A DNA stretch of 64,000 bases from Paraspadella gotoi (GCA_051294375.1 CM119267.1:23065486-23129485), one strand, 5' to 3'; positions 42,138 to 55,379 are shown, counted from the stretch's first letter. Notes: generated from the sequence alone by a model not told the origin. A program made the numbers and translations.

Positions 42138-44997
42138 ATGGCATCTTCCCCTCAGGGTTATGACGAGGACATAAGCGTGAACCCGTTTTTCCTCTTTCTC
42201 CGCCGTCAACACCGCCAGTTCTACGAGGTGGCGGCGGAGAGTCGGTGGATCGTTTGCGTTCCGAGAGCCGGCTCCTTCCGCCCCATCGCCTTCCAAAGCC
42301 TCGACGACGAGGACGTCGCCGCCTATGTGCTCATTCCGCAGGACGAAGCCGGTGTCCACCACAAGACGCTCGACGGGCGCCGCGTGCGCTTGGGTGGAGG
42401 CCGCGTACGCGTCGTCTCTGGATTCGCGGAAAACGAGGACGACGACTGCGAGGCCATCGACGTTCTCTTTGAAGAGACCTTTTTCAACGCCAAGGACGAA
42501 AGCTACAGAGTTTTGTGTCTGGAGAGGCCTTTCGACTCATTGGGTTTCGATGGAAGCGATGACGCAGTCAAGAACGTCATCTCCGACAGCGCGAAGAACG
42601 GCGTCGACGCAGCCTCTCGTTCCGCGGACGACGACGACGCGATGGGCGTGGACGAGTGTGCCCGGGTCATTTGGGGTCACGCCTCGGGCGCTAAGCTGCG
42701 CCATTCGTTGGAGGCGTTGGTGCGCAAGTTCAACAAGATGGACGAGCCGCTGAACAAGGTACTGACGGCGGAGCAGATCGTCGATAGAGTCCATACAGTC
42801 TACAAGGACGCGCTCAGCCTCGTGGTCTACTCAAAGCGAAAGCACCGGGCGTCGTTGGGTGGCACCGACGTGGCTCGGATCCAGGTGGCGCTGGAGACGT
42901 ACATTTTGCACCACGTATGGGCCAACTTGTGGACCCATTTATCGGCTAACTTTTGCATCGAGGACGCGGAGCTGAACAAAACAACCAAAAACCTTTCCTG
43001 GATGTCTCTACAGGTTAGAATATATCATAGTAACTGTCCGTTCTGTCTTAGCTTTCATTTTCTTTCTTCAGGATCTCGGGGTCCGCTCGGAATTCCATTC
43101 CAACCTCCCGCGCGCTCGACAAATTCTCTCCAACATTAACCAAGTCCGGACGCCTCGCGGAAAAGCGCGAATCTTGCGCAAAACCGTCGAAGTCTTGAGT
43201 CGTACGCCGCCACGCCGCTCCCTCGACGCAGGTGGAGCACCGACGCCGAACTCCGATTACGGACCGGAGCTCGTCCTCACCTCCGACGACCTCCTCCCGC
43301 TCATCTGTTTCCTCGTCATTCGCGTGGAGAGCGTCCCCAACTGGAGGACGAACCTCTTTTACCTTCAGCGCCTTCGCTTCGCCTCGTCCAAGATCGACCG
43401 CGACGCTTTCTTGCTCACGTCCTTCGAGGCGGCTCTGCAGCACCTGCACCAGCTCCGCCCGGAAGTGCCCTTTTGCAAACTCTCGTTGGACGGCGAGTTG
43501 TCGGGACAGTCGACCGACGTCCGTGACGGAATTCACCGTCTGTACAAGTCCATCGCCGAGGGCGACGCTGAACGCGTGGCCAGGACTTTACTCAACACCG
43601 CCGCGTTAGAGAACAATGCCGGGGAAGAGGGCGGAGAGTCCCACCGGCCGCTCTGCCACCCGCTTTGCCGCTGCGTCTCCTGCCGCGACGTCGTCGATGC
43701 CTCACTGCGCCGCTCTTCCGTCCTCGACGGAGTCACTTTGCTTGTCAAAGATGATCGTGGCTTTACACCGCTACATGTGGCGGCGCTTTTTGGAAGGACT
43801 AGCGTCACGGAGCGTCTCGTCGACGCTGGCGCCCTCGTCAACGTCGCTGACCATTACGGGCGCACGCCACTTCACCTTGCGGCGTCGAGGGGCGAGACTA
43901 AGACGGCGCTAATGCTGCTTCATTCGAAGGCGGACCCGAACTTGAGAGATTGCGATGGGTTCACTGCGCTGCACGCGTGTGTCGCCGGTGGCCACGGTGT
44001 CTGTGCCAAGGCGCTTCTTTATTACGATCAAGGTTGAGTGAAACTGTGTGAAGGATTGTTGGATTTTTGAGAATATTGATGTTTACATATATTTTATTTT
44101 CTCTATTTCCACCGCTAGGGTATCTCCTTGACGTCAACTCCACCACCAACACCGGCGACACAGCCCTGCATTTCGCCTCTCGCCTTGGTTATGTCGACTT
44201 GGTCGAGGTATTGCTGGAGCACGGCGCCGGCGTCGAGCTTCGCAACCGGCGCAATGAGACCGCCTTCGATTGCGCCCACAGCGCCGTAGTCGGCCGACGT
44301 CTCGCCGCAGCTCTGCAGCAGCGCGTCGAAGAGACAAAACGCCGAAAATTAGCTCAGACTTCGACGCCCCCGTCGGCCTCCTCTAAGGACGGCGTCTTGA
44401 GGAGCAAATCCATGCCGGAGCGATTGTCGCCTGAGATTTCCAAAAACGATAATGACTCGAAAGATGTCGCCGGAGATGATTCAATCTCGACTCCGCCGAC
44501 TAAACCGCGTAAACTTCCTTCTAGTCGAAGCTTCACCGCCTCCTCAGACTCCGACGCCTACTTCCGCAAAGTGGAACGCCTTTTCCGCGCCATCGCTGAC
44601 GGCGACGAGCACCTCGTCCGCCACCTTATGGGGTGGGACAGCGAGGATGGGGCCGAGGAGTCGTCCGACTCGGTGTCCTCGTCCCCTCCACCGTCGTCTT
44701 ACCACAAAGACTCTCAACTCTGCCATCCTCTCTGCGACTGTCGCTATTGTCGGCCGCTGCAGCGGCGCCAGGCGTCCGCCCGCCGCTCCGGCCTCACCGT
44801 CGACAGCAGCAACCGCGAGGGAATCACTCCCCTGCATATCGCCGCCCTCTACAACAGCCTCACCTTGGCAAAACTTTTCGTCAAGAGAGGAGGAACTGTG
44901 GACGCCCGCACCAAGACTCAACTGTGGACGCCTCTTCATCTGGGGTATCTTGGCTGAATCATGATGTATTTAGTTGAAGAAATTGTGTTAAATTCAT

Positions 44998-45055
<58 letters not shown>

Positions 45056-45671
45056 TTGCAGGTGTCAGCGAAACAGCGTCCACGTTCTTGATATGCTGTT
45101 AACGCACGGCGCCGATGCTTCGGCGGCCGACGTCCGCGGCAACACCCCTTTGCATTACGCCGCCCTCAACGGCTTTCTTGCCTCGTCGGAAATATTGGTG
45201 ACAGTGGGCGGCGCCGACGTCAATGCCGTCAACTTAAAAGGTAATGCGCCGCTGCACGTCCTCGCTGGTCGTGGACGCGGCGGAATCTCTGCGGACAAGG
45301 CCGCCGCTCCAGGAGGCGCGGACGACGTCATCGGCATCGCTAAGTTGCTTTTGGAAAAAGGAGCCGATTCGCTGAAACGAAACAGAAACGGACTCAGTGC
45401 CGCGGAACTGGCGGCCAATCCTGCCGTTCGAGAGACGCTGGAGCGGTTGAAGAAGACGAAATGTGAGGGCAGAAGCGACGGCGGAGAATCCGAACCGAAA
45501 GTGCCGGTCCGAGACTCGAAACACGACGTCTTCGAGCCGACGGTGACGATCGTCGATGACGATCGAACGATCGACGTTGAAGACGACTCGACTCCGACGA
45601 GATCGGATGACGCCGTCGACGACAGAATCATCGGCGAAATCGCCAACGCGATGGAGACACTCGTAGTTTAG
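42138..45671 (+). CDS. ANKRD27: ANKRD27/VARP (VPS9 domain, ankyrin repeats, two CHPLCxC zinc fingernails)
   Basis: YDEDISVNPFF start, VLFEETFFN, VPS9 SDDLLP..LTSFEAALQH, CHPLCRCVSC and CHPLCDCRYC, two ankyrin arrays with TPLH repeats. Confidence 0.94.
45001..45054. repeat. (AAT)n microsatellite in ANKRD27 intron
   Basis: About 18 perfect AAT units. Confidence 0.95.
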
Positions 45672-46081
45672 TTTTTTTTTTTAGATTTTAGAAAAATGCG
45701 TGACGCGCGGATCGGTTTTACGGACTCGGGGAATGAGCATTTTTAACCGCATGAATGTCCGGAAATGAACGGACCGGAGAGGGAGAACTTTTCCCTTTCC
45801 CCCTTGGTGAACTCATCCGCTCATCGCAACTGTTTATTTGGCTGTTCAACTTTAACCGTGAATGATTATTACGATTAGTTTTTTAAATTTTTATGGGCAT
45901 GCAAAAAAAAATTGAATTTAAAAATCGTTCACTAACCAATTGTTTGCCCCTTTTACGTAGAGAGATAAAGAGAGAGAGAGAGACGATGAAGTACATGAGT
46001 TAGAAACGCAAAAAATATGAAAATAAACAAATGAGAAAACAATGATGAGGCTTTGAGGACAACTCGCACGAATCCGCCGCC

Positions 46082-49000
46082 ATGTCCGCCTTTCGTGCCC
46101 TTCATCCTTGGACGTGGGTTGCGGAGAGGGAAACGGGCGGTGGGCGGCGGGGAACAAAGCTCCTCGGTCAGCGGGACGCTCTCTACAAGGAACTCTACCG
46201 TAACGTCAAGCATTCCGGTAAGACTGAGGCTCAAATCATTCCACTGGGTGAAATTTGGGGATATTTGCTTCCGTATGGAACCTCTCTTACCTACCAACTA
46301 TGGACCCTGTTGGTGGGGAGAAGCTACATGATACAATTGAGAATTCCGACAGGTTAAAAAAACGTTTCAATTCTGTTTCTTTTTTCTAGATTCTATCTTT
46401 TATCTGCTCTCAGGGTTGAGAACGAAAGCGTTTTAATGACTCCCTTTTTCTTAGATTGTTCCTATCAAATTAAAACAATTCAGGACCTTGGTTAAGATTT
46501 TTATTATTAACAAAATTCAAAATTCGGTTAAATCAGTACAGATGATTTATACTCTCGAGTTCAACATAAAAGTTCACCTTCCTTTTAAATAAAATCGCTC
46601 TGATTCGCCGTGGAACCAAAACAACCGCGCCTTTTCTTTGTTCAAATGATTCATCATCATCACCACTTTTTCTCGAATTTACGCAGTAATTTTTCAATTG
46701 TAATAAGAAGAGTTAAACCGGCTACCGTTAGGGGACGAGTTGGTCGAGTTGTAATGACCGACGATGCAATACCTCGGGTAATCGTAATCGTAAATGCGAC
46801 CCTCGCAGTTGAGACTTCCGCAGCAGGTTTAATTCCTCGTCGCAGAGCCCGCCCTTTGGAGCGCAATCGCCGGCTTCACCTCTGCCCACGGTGATGATCA
46901 TGTGCTCCAGATAGTTAAGGCGATCCTTGAGATTCTTTCGGCCGGTTTGGGTTTCGTTCTTCAAGTTTTTCACCTCCTTCTGTAGTTTTTCCGCCTTGTC
47001 GCCCAACACCGCCAAATCTACCTTGTAGCCGGTGAAGTCCGTCTCGAGTTGCTCTTTAATTTTGCTCGTTTCGTCCCTCACGTTCTGGGATTGAATAATT
47101 TTTAAAGGGCGGCGCGCTAATAATATTACCAGACGTGTTCTCATTTCTATTCAGATATAATTTTATTTGGTTCTCGTAATATTTACCTTCCAATCGTATT
47201 TCGCAACTCTTGAATTTCTGTTTTTCTTCCAGCCTTGGTTTTGCTGCAGCATGGCATTTTTCGGCATCTTAAAAAAAAAGTGCGGTTTGTGTAATCCCAA
47301 TTGGTTTTTTTTTGTCAAATGCTGCGGTTCTTACATGTTTTTCCATGAACATGGAGAGTTTCGAAGCCGCAAGCCCATCAGCGCAACAAAGATTGCAAAC
47401 TTCATTTTCGTCGAAAAAAAATTTCGGTTTAATTGATTTAAGTTGAGTTTTCCGCGAAATTAAGCGAAATTAAACGCGTCTGTTTGTCGTTGTTGGATTT
47501 TGTATCTAGGAAACATTAGAATTGTTTTATTTTTCTGAACTAAGGAGGGCATATCACTATTTATTATTTACCCATTTTTTTATCAGGTTCTTGGAATCCC
47601 GCCTCAGCCTCGGAAGACGGGCAACACGGCGCCGTATTCAACTTTGATTTTTCCAAGGACGGCGCCATTTTGGCCGCGGCCTGCGAGAGAAAGTCCCTTC
47701 TCCTTTTTGATCCCCTCAGTCACAAACATATAAGGGTGAGGAAATGAAGGGGATGGAAGTTCGAGTTGCGAGAAACATATTGAAAATAAAATTTAAAATG
47801 ATTTTTGGTACATAGTACTAACTTTGTTTTTGCGATATTTCAGTCGGTGCACAGCGCTCATTCTGACTGCATAAATTACATCCGGTTCCTCGACACGCGA
47901 GTCTTCGCCACCTGTTCCGACGACACCACGGTGGCCCTTTGGGACGTCCGCTACCTCAAATCTAAGCTACGCCTCCTCGAGGGTCACTCCAACTGGGTCA
48001 AGAACATCGAGTACGCCCAGGACAAAGGATTGCTCGTCACTAGCGGCTTCGACGGCTCAATCTATGCCTGGAATATAAACTCGTACTCTGAGACCGAGTC
48101 CGCCCCCTTCCGGCGCCTCTTCCACATGAGTGGGTTGATGAGGATGAAACTGACGCCGGACTCAGGGAAGCTGGTCGTTGCTACCGCGGGTGAGTTCGAA
48201 AAGAGGACTATGATGTTCAAAAAACCTATTAATTATTATTATTATTTAATCATTGTTCCCCAAAGGCGGTTACCTGATGGTGGTGCACGACTTGGATCTT
48301 CATACCGTAGGCAACGATCTTCACGGCTTCAAACCCAACATGTACCGTTTGATGCAAATGAGTCATTCGCCGATTCGACAGGTTTGCTCGCGTGCTTTAA
48401 AAAGGTGCGGGGTCCTAATCTGTACCTTTTTTTTTTTTTGGTTATCTTCCCAGGGTTACACTTTCAACCACTTGTTCCACAAATCCCGGCGCCGAAATCG
48501 CGTCGAGTTCATTAGCGATTTTCCGTCCGGAAACGACGCCGAGGTCATCGCCTCTTTGCAGGTTGGTGCAGACGACTTTGTTGAGAGTCTATTCTACTTT
48601 TTCCATCTCTGCCTCATCTTTTTCCAATCATCCTGAGATCGATCCCAGCGGCCACTTCGCCCTCTCTCGGAACACCTCGAGCGACGACAACTCAGAATGG
48701 ACCTGCGTTCACGATATATGGGCGCCACCGTCCGACGAAGCGGGTAAAAGCGGAATGCTGGGGCAGCGTTGGAATCTGCGCTTACAATATAGGCCTTTAA
48801 CCATCAAAACCTTTCCGAAGTCAGGGGAAATTTATATAATTATATAATTATATAATTTATATAATTTATATAATTAGCTTAAATTTATATAATGAATGGA
48901 TAATTAGGATTTAATTTTATATTGGTTGTAACAATTTCATAACTAAAGTTGTCGCTTGAGTGCAGAATATTTTGTCACATTACCATCTTCCCCCTCCTTC

Positions 49001-51231
49001 AGACCCCGGTTGTTGTCCCTCTTGTGGACGCGAATATCCAGAGGAGCGAACCTTGGATCCACGAGAGGAAGAACTTACGGCCGCTTTTTCCTCGGCCGCA
49101 GCCAGAAGTGAGATTCTTTCCATCGAATAAGATTAATGGGATATTATCGCTGACCAATAACGATTCGAGAATCTTCTTTATTGACCAATCAGGATTGTCC
49201 GTCGATGAGGACGAAATCGTTCCGGAAACTTCCGCTTCTCAATCTCCGTTTCAGCGTTCTTGCGTGCATGGTAAAATCTTCAACTGCGTTCAAATTATAC
49301 ATAATGCATAATAAATTGTTTATATTTTCAACTCGTAAATTTATCGATTATTTTTCCACTCCCCCTGCAATCAAGATCTCATCAACAGCCTCTACTCGTT
49401 CCCTCGATCCACGGACGATTCCGAGTCTTCGTCTCACGATCGCAGAGATCGATCTCCACTCGACGACGCCGGTGAGTCTCGCCGGTCGACACGACGGTCT
49501 TCGCCCTCCAGATCTCCTCCATCGTCGCCCACGCCAATTAGGCCCGAAGTCAACGAAGACGACGAAGTTGTTGAAGCGCCCTTCGCCGTCGGATCCGAGG
49601 ATCAAATCTCAGAATTGATGGACACCGACTCTTCTCCCTCCTCATCTTCTTCTTCCGGACATTCCTCCCCCGCGACGGTCGAGGACGCGCCGGCCATGCT
49701 CTCTTCGGGCGAACCCTCTGACGCCGTGTCGACCCTTGGTGCCGCGCCTAATCTTGGCGCCGCGTCAACCTCCGGCGCCGACACCATCTCTGGCGACGCC
49801 TCGACCTCGCTCGGTGCGTCTACCTCTAGTGCCCCTTCAACTTCATTAACCTCCAACGTTCCGTCGACCTCGAGCGAGGCGTCGGGCATCCCGGCCTCTT
49901 CCAGCACGGATGCCTCCGCCGAGGCGCAGATCTTCGTTTCGTCCAATTCTTTGTTAACATTAACGGCAGATGACGGACCCGGGCGACGCGGGTCAGTCGG
50001 GTACAAATGTTAATTCTGTTTCGTCCCTTTAATTATTCAGCACTTCTTATCTTTTTCGGCAGACACTTCCGTCTTGGACTTCGAAACGTAACCCAGAGGA
50101 CGAATCCTTCCAATTCGGGTCGACAATCTCGTACAACACGTCAACCGACGCGGGTCGTCATCAGCACGGTCAAGTGAGAAACATTCGTTCTTTCACCTTT
50201 ATTTTGACGCGCTAAAATTTCTGTTTTACCCTTTCCCGCCTTTTCCGCAGCGGACAACGGGTCACCATCATTCGTCGCGGACGCGCCGCCCGATCGAGCG
50301 CTGCCACCGCCATCCCGACCGCCATATCTCCCTCTGCTGTTTCTTTTAACTCTTCCACTCTTTCCTCCGCCGCCCCAACCACCTCCACTCCCGCCATCAC
50401 GCCCAGAGCCTTGAGCAGATCTCGACCTAGGACTTTCCAGATTCGGTCCGGTGCCCAACCATCGGCGAGAACCGTGTTGCTGCTTAATCGCAACTCGGAA
50501 CTTGACGTGGGTAAGTAAAGGACCGAAAGGTATAATTATATAAGCCGTCAGTTTTTTTTCTACGTAGAACAATTTCGTTTTTGAACGATATTTTCTTTTT
50601 ACTCCTTTTTTTTTTCATTTTTATTCTTTTTTTTTCTTCCTTCTCCCGTAGATTCCATAAGCACCACCGAGGATTCTCCTACCACCCGCCTCCCTCCTCG
50701 TCTTTCACGCGACAACCCGAACCCCGACGGAATTCCCCGCTGTTCTTGTCAACCCGTCTTATGCGGGAGAAGGATGACTCCCCCGCTCAACTCTCGGAAC
50801 AAAACTATTCACGACAATCGACCGCGTTTGGCCTACTTCGAGGAGGAGTCCAACATTGGAAAAGGATTCATCAAAGTGCGTTCAACTTAAATACTTGGCT
50901 AATTTCACGTCTTGGGCGTAATGCTCTAAATTGTTTCACCCTCCTCCCATTTCTCTTCCTTTTTCCCTTTCAGGAACTCTGTTTCTCCTCCGACGGTCGC
51001 CTGGTCTGTTCTCCCTTCGGTTACGGCGTCCGCCTCTTTTCTTTCGACGAAGCCTGTTCGCAATTGGACGCGGCCTCGACGCCGCCCACCGACCCGCGGC
51101 GCCTTTGCACTCTCTCCAATCTGGTGCCGCACACTAACACTGTGGTCTGCACCAAGTGGTCGCCCACCCATTGCCTCTTCGTCTCGGCTTGTCTCAACGG
51201 GAAAGTCGCTTTCAATCATCCTGTACTTTAA
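46082..51231 (+). CDS. DCAF10: DDB1- and CUL4-associated factor 10 (WD40)
   Basis: Exon 1 (46082-46218) splices to HGAVFNFDFSKDG; AHSDCINYIRFLDTRVFATCSDDTTVALWD, GHSNWVKNIEY, LMRMKLTPD, RLAYFEEESNIGKGFIKELCFSSDGR..SPFGYGVRL, SACLNGKVAFNHPVL-stop. Confidence 0.94.
46694..47405 (-). pseudogene. Nested antisense gene for a secreted coiled-coil plus inhibitor-cystine-knot protein; frameshifted as assembled
   Basis: Signal peptide MKFAIFVALM.., GT-AG introns, heptad segment (SKIKEQLE..AEKLQKEVKNLKNE..LKDRLNYLE), then CAPKGGLCDEEL(N/T)CCGSLNCEGRIYDYDYPRYC after removal of one base at about 46826-46831. Either pseudogene or homopolymer errors. Confidence 0.65.
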
Positions 51232-51923
51232 GAGTAGAAACGAGGAGAGATTATGAGCGGAAGAAAAAAAAAATTAAGAAAATTGGTTGTCTTGCGCTCG
51301 AAGAATATTAGTTAAATTCACTTACATTCTTAAATTAGCCAATTAAATTTTGTGTCAAATTATACATTTTTTCACTTGATCTCAATTCTGTAATAAAAAG
51401 TTTTAAGAAATATTGTAACCAGTGAGAGCGAAGAATAGCAATGAGTGAAATTAACTAGATTAAAAATAAATGACTGAAGTATTTTAGTTCGTTCCATTTA
51501 GCTTGATAAAATCCTTAGGCTTAAGACGTAATTACTACTTACTATTAATACCTTTACATAGTATTTTCTACCATTTGCAACAACTGAGTTTTGAATTTAG
51601 AATTTTTGAATTTCGAGAGCAAAAAAAATTGAGTCGTTGAAGGTCGAATTTACTGAAACTTCCTCCCTATTCGGTCGTTACGTCGATTTCAGCTTATTCC
51701 CTGCTCCAGTTGATTAGTAACGGAATACTGAGTTACTGACTCACGATTACTTATAATATCTCTTTAATTCGGTCTTAATTGTTGACCGCTTGTTTGGAAA
51801 AAAGAGAACAGAAATAAACTTTCTCCTAAAATATTTTTAAAATATTGTGATTAAACTTTCTTTCTTTGTTTTTAGATAATTGAAATTAAAGACAAAGTCT
51901 TGATACAGCAACGATTTTATTTT

Positions 51924-51978
51924 ATTGTACAGACAAGTTTCGGCTTTCATTCAAGCCTTCATCAGTGCTTTTGACAAT
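51924..51978 (-). ncRNA. Minimal type I hammerhead ribozyme (copy 1)
   Basis: Reverse complement of the + strand copies: ATTGT-CAAAA-GCA CTGATGA A GGCTT-GAATGA-AAGCC GAAA C-TT-G TC TGT-ACAAT. Confidence 0.8.
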
Positions 51979-53033
51979 TCACAATTTTCATGTTTTCCAA
52001 ATTGACTTTGGAAGAGAGAGAAAGAGAGAAAAAGAGAGAGAGAGAGAGAAGAAATGGCCAAAAAAGATATGAGACAGGACAGTGGTGAAATGTGAGGACA
52101 GGTTTAAGTTAGTAGAGAGAGAGAGAGAATGTGAGGGAAAAGAAATTAAATTTGTGAGTGAGGGAGAGAGAGAGAGACAGAGAAGCAGAGGTTAACATTT
52201 GGTAAGAAAAGTTACATTAGAAAATGTACAACAATGGTAAATTTAATAAATAAGTAGAAAGACATAAACTAAAATATTTAAATTAATTCGGATAAAAATC
52301 ATGGTTCAGAGAGGGCTCGAGGGCTTTGATGTAAATCGCCTCTCTAATACCTCTTGAGAACCAGTTTGGGACGATTCGACCTCCCTCCTATCTATGATTC
52401 GCTTATTAAAAGTGTGGTGGAGCGCCCTTCTCCACCACAGCCGCACGAGTCTGTAATTCCCGTTTGCAAAAACAGGCGAAACAGACCACCGCCCGCCTCG
52501 CCAACAGGCGAGACGAGGGCCCTCGGCAGGCTTATCAGGCCTGAGAGATATTCGAGTTGCACTTGGCTCTTTCCGCCTGGGTCTCTACCGGACCCGTCCA
52601 TGTCGCACTCCACCACAATAGCCTCTCAGCCTATGACAACCAAGACCCGACCACATCGTCAGCATCCCCCATTGTTGACCCGGAGGGGGGGCAGCTCATT
52701 TTGAGCTTTTTCTTTTTCTTATTTTTCTCTTACTCTTTCACTTACCTATCCCTCAACATCTTTATTTCAATTTCATCTAAACTTCACTCCTTTATTAATT
52801 TTTTATCTGAATTAATTTAAATATTTTAGTTTTGTTTAAGTCTGTCTACTTATTTATTAAATTTACCATTGTTGTACATTTTCTAATGTAACTTTTCTTA
52901 CCAAATGTTAACCTCTGCTTCTCTGCTCTCTCTCTCTCTCCCTCACTCACAACTTAATTTCTACTAACTTAAACCTGTCCTCACATTTCACCATTGTCCT
53001 GTCTCATATCTTTTTGGCCATTTCTTCTCTCTT

Positions 53034-53072
<39 letters not shown>

Positions 53073-53104
53073 CAAAGTCAATTTGGAAAACATGAAAATT
53101 GTGA

Positions 53105-53159
53105 ATTGTCAAAAGCACTGATGAAGGCTTGAATGAAAGCCGAAACTTGTCTGTACAAT
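53105..53159 (+). ncRNA. Minimal type I hammerhead ribozyme (copy 2)
   Basis: Core CUGAUGA and GAAA, stem II GGCTT/AAGCC, vestigial stem III, GUC cleavage triplet ending at 53151, bulged stem I. Confidence 0.8.
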
Positions 53160-53268
53160 AAAATAAAATCGTTTGCTGTATCAAGACTTTGTCTTTAATT
53201 TCAATTAAAAAATAATGAAAACATTAACTGTAAATAAAAATACAGAAGGCTTCATATTATAAAATGTG

Positions 53269-53847
53269 GTACCCCTTTTTTGTGACCAGAACACGTTCCG
53301 AAAAAAACTATTGAATAGATTTTAATGAAATTTGGTATGAACGATGTGAATACAAATAGAAATATCGAGGTGAATTTCAATATTGACCCCTGAGCCGAGA
53401 TATGGGCCCGATAGGGTCACTCATGGGGGCAAAAAATGGTCAAAAGTTTTTTTTGTTTTTTTTTGTTTTGTTTTGTTTTGAACAGTTGCCTTGACATTTA
53501 TTCTTGCACAAAAATGTATTTATTTCCACAAAAATATTAGTTTACCATAAGTTTCAGCTTCATGAACATCAGCTGTTCAAGTCAGATTTTGAATAATTTT
53601 ATATGTTTAAAACATCGATGAACCTGATTCTACTAAAAAATTATAAAAAATGAAAAAAAAATTTTTAGCCTTTTTTGGCCCCCCAGGGGTCCAGCCCCAG
53701 GGCCCTGTATCTCTTGTCAGGGGTTGAATATTAAAATTCACCTCAATAGTTCCATTTTTATTGTCATTAGAACTCTAAATGTAAAATTTTATGAAATTCG
53801 ATCCAGTAGTTTAGTGGGAACAGGTTCTGGTCACAAAAAAGGGGTAC
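53269..53847. mobile_element. 580-bp imperfect palindromic (foldback/MITE-like) element, copy 1
   Basis: Ends GTACCCCTTTTTTGTGACCAGAAC and GTTCTGGTCACAAAAAAGGGGTAC; arms stay complementary for about 170 nt. Confidence 0.75.
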
Positions 53848-53906
53848 TGTGGCGGAATATTCACATTGCCTCACGTCCACCATCGTTCAGCCAAAATCCA
53901 TTGGCT

Positions 53907-54099
53907 GATCTTTAGAGATGCGGACATCAACGCGCCCCCTGGCTCGACACGCGCTATGGCTGTATCGGAAGCTTTTGCCAAGGGCGTGGATCTGGACGTC
54001 ATTCTACGTGCAGGGGATTGGTCTGGGGCACAGACCTTCTTCCGTTTTTACTGTCGGGAGTCGGCGTGGAGTCTCTCTCAGATGGGTCTTGTGGACTGA
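53907..54099 (+). mobile_element. DIRS-type tyrosine recombinase C-terminal fragment, copy 1
   Basis: PGSTRAMAVSEAFAKGVDLDVILRAGDWSGAQTFFRFYCRE matches the HSTR...ILxAxxW...TFxRFY pattern of DIRS1-group recombinases. Confidence 0.75.
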
Positions 54100-54309
54100 G
54101 TGATTTCGTGGCATTCGCTTTCGCTGAGCTAGTATCTGAGAGGAGGAAGAGGAGGAGGAGGAAGAGCAGGAGGAGGAAGAGCAGGAGGATCCTGCTTTTC
54201 CGTTTTTTCTTTTGTCCTTTCTTGTGGACAACACGACATCTGGAACAAAAGAGCAACTACGTGGTGGAGAGGAGCCATGAAGAATCCCGGTTCCACTTGC
54301 AACCAAAAA

Positions 54310-55141
54310 TTAACATTTGGTAAGAAAAGTTACATTAGAAAATGTACAACAATGGTAAATTTAATAAATAAGTAGAAAGACATAAACTAAAATTATTTAA
54401 ATTAATTCGGATAAAAATCATGGTTCAGAGAGGGCTCGAGGCTTTGATGTAAATCGCCTCTCTAATACCTCTTGAGAACCAGTTTGGGGACGATTCGACC
54501 TCCCTCCTATCTATGATTCGCTTATTAAAAGTGTGGTGGAGCGCCCTTCTCCACCACAGCCGCACGAGTCTGTAATTCCCGTTGCAAAACAGGCGAAACA
54601 GACCACCGCCCGCCTCGCCAACAGGCGAGACGAGGGCCCTCGGCAGGCTTATCAGGCCTGAGAGATATTCGAGTTGCACTGGCTCTTTCCGCCTGGGTCT
54701 CTACCGGACCCGTCCATGTCGCACTCCACCACAATAGCCTCTCAGGCCTATGACAAACCAATGAACCGACCACATCGTCAGCATCCCCCATTGTTGACCC
54801 GGAGGGGGGGCAGCTCATTTGAGCTTTTTCTTTTTCTTATTTTTCTCTTACTCTTTCACTTACCTATCCCTCAACATCTTTATTTCAATTTCATCTAAAC
54901 TTCACTCCTTTATTAATTTTTATCTGAATTAATTTTAAATATTTAGTTTTGTTTAAGTCTGTCTACTTGATTTATTAAATTTACCTTGTTGTACATTTTC
55001 TAATGTAACTTTTCTTACCAAATGTTAACCTCTGCTTCTCTGTCTCTCTCTCTCCTCTCACTCACAACTTAATTTCTACTAACTTAAACCTGTCCTCACA
55101 TTTCACCATTGTCCTGTCTCATATCTTTGTTGGCCATTTCT

Positions 55142-55184
<43 letters not shown>

Positions 55185-55318
55185 TCAAAGTCAATTTGGA
55201 AAACATGAAAATTGTGAATTGTCAAAAGCACTGATGAAGGCTTGAATGAAAGCCGAAACTTGTCTGTACAATAAATAAAATCGTTGCTGTATCAAGACTT
55301 TGTCTTTAATTTCAATTA
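54310..55318 (+). mobile_element. Second copy of the Penelope-like remnant (left arm truncated)
   Basis: Near-identical to about 52192-53207 with scattered 1-nt indels. Confidence 0.8.
55218..55272 (+). ncRNA. Minimal type I hammerhead ribozyme (copy 3)
   Basis: Identical 55-nt motif to copy 2. Confidence 0.78.
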
Positions 55319-55379
55319 AAAAATAATGAAAACATTAACTGTAAATAAAAAATAACAGAAGGCTTCATATTAAAATGTG

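Larger units (their letters stand above)
51877..53207. mobile_element. Penelope-like retroelement remnant with inverted pseudo-LTR arms
   Basis: About 410-bp inverted arms (51877-52298 and 52800-53207); GIY-YIG endonuclease C-terminus NWFSRGIREAIYIKALEPSLN (- strand) and GRFDLPPIYDSLI (+ strand); hammerhead in each arm. Confidence 0.85.

Noticed and set aside
39663-45671. Rel copy B plus downstream ankyrin repeats as a single Relish/p105-like gene
   Set aside because: Rel B has its own stop at 41836 and the ankyrin gene has the N-terminus, VPS9 domain and zinc fingernails of ANKRD27.
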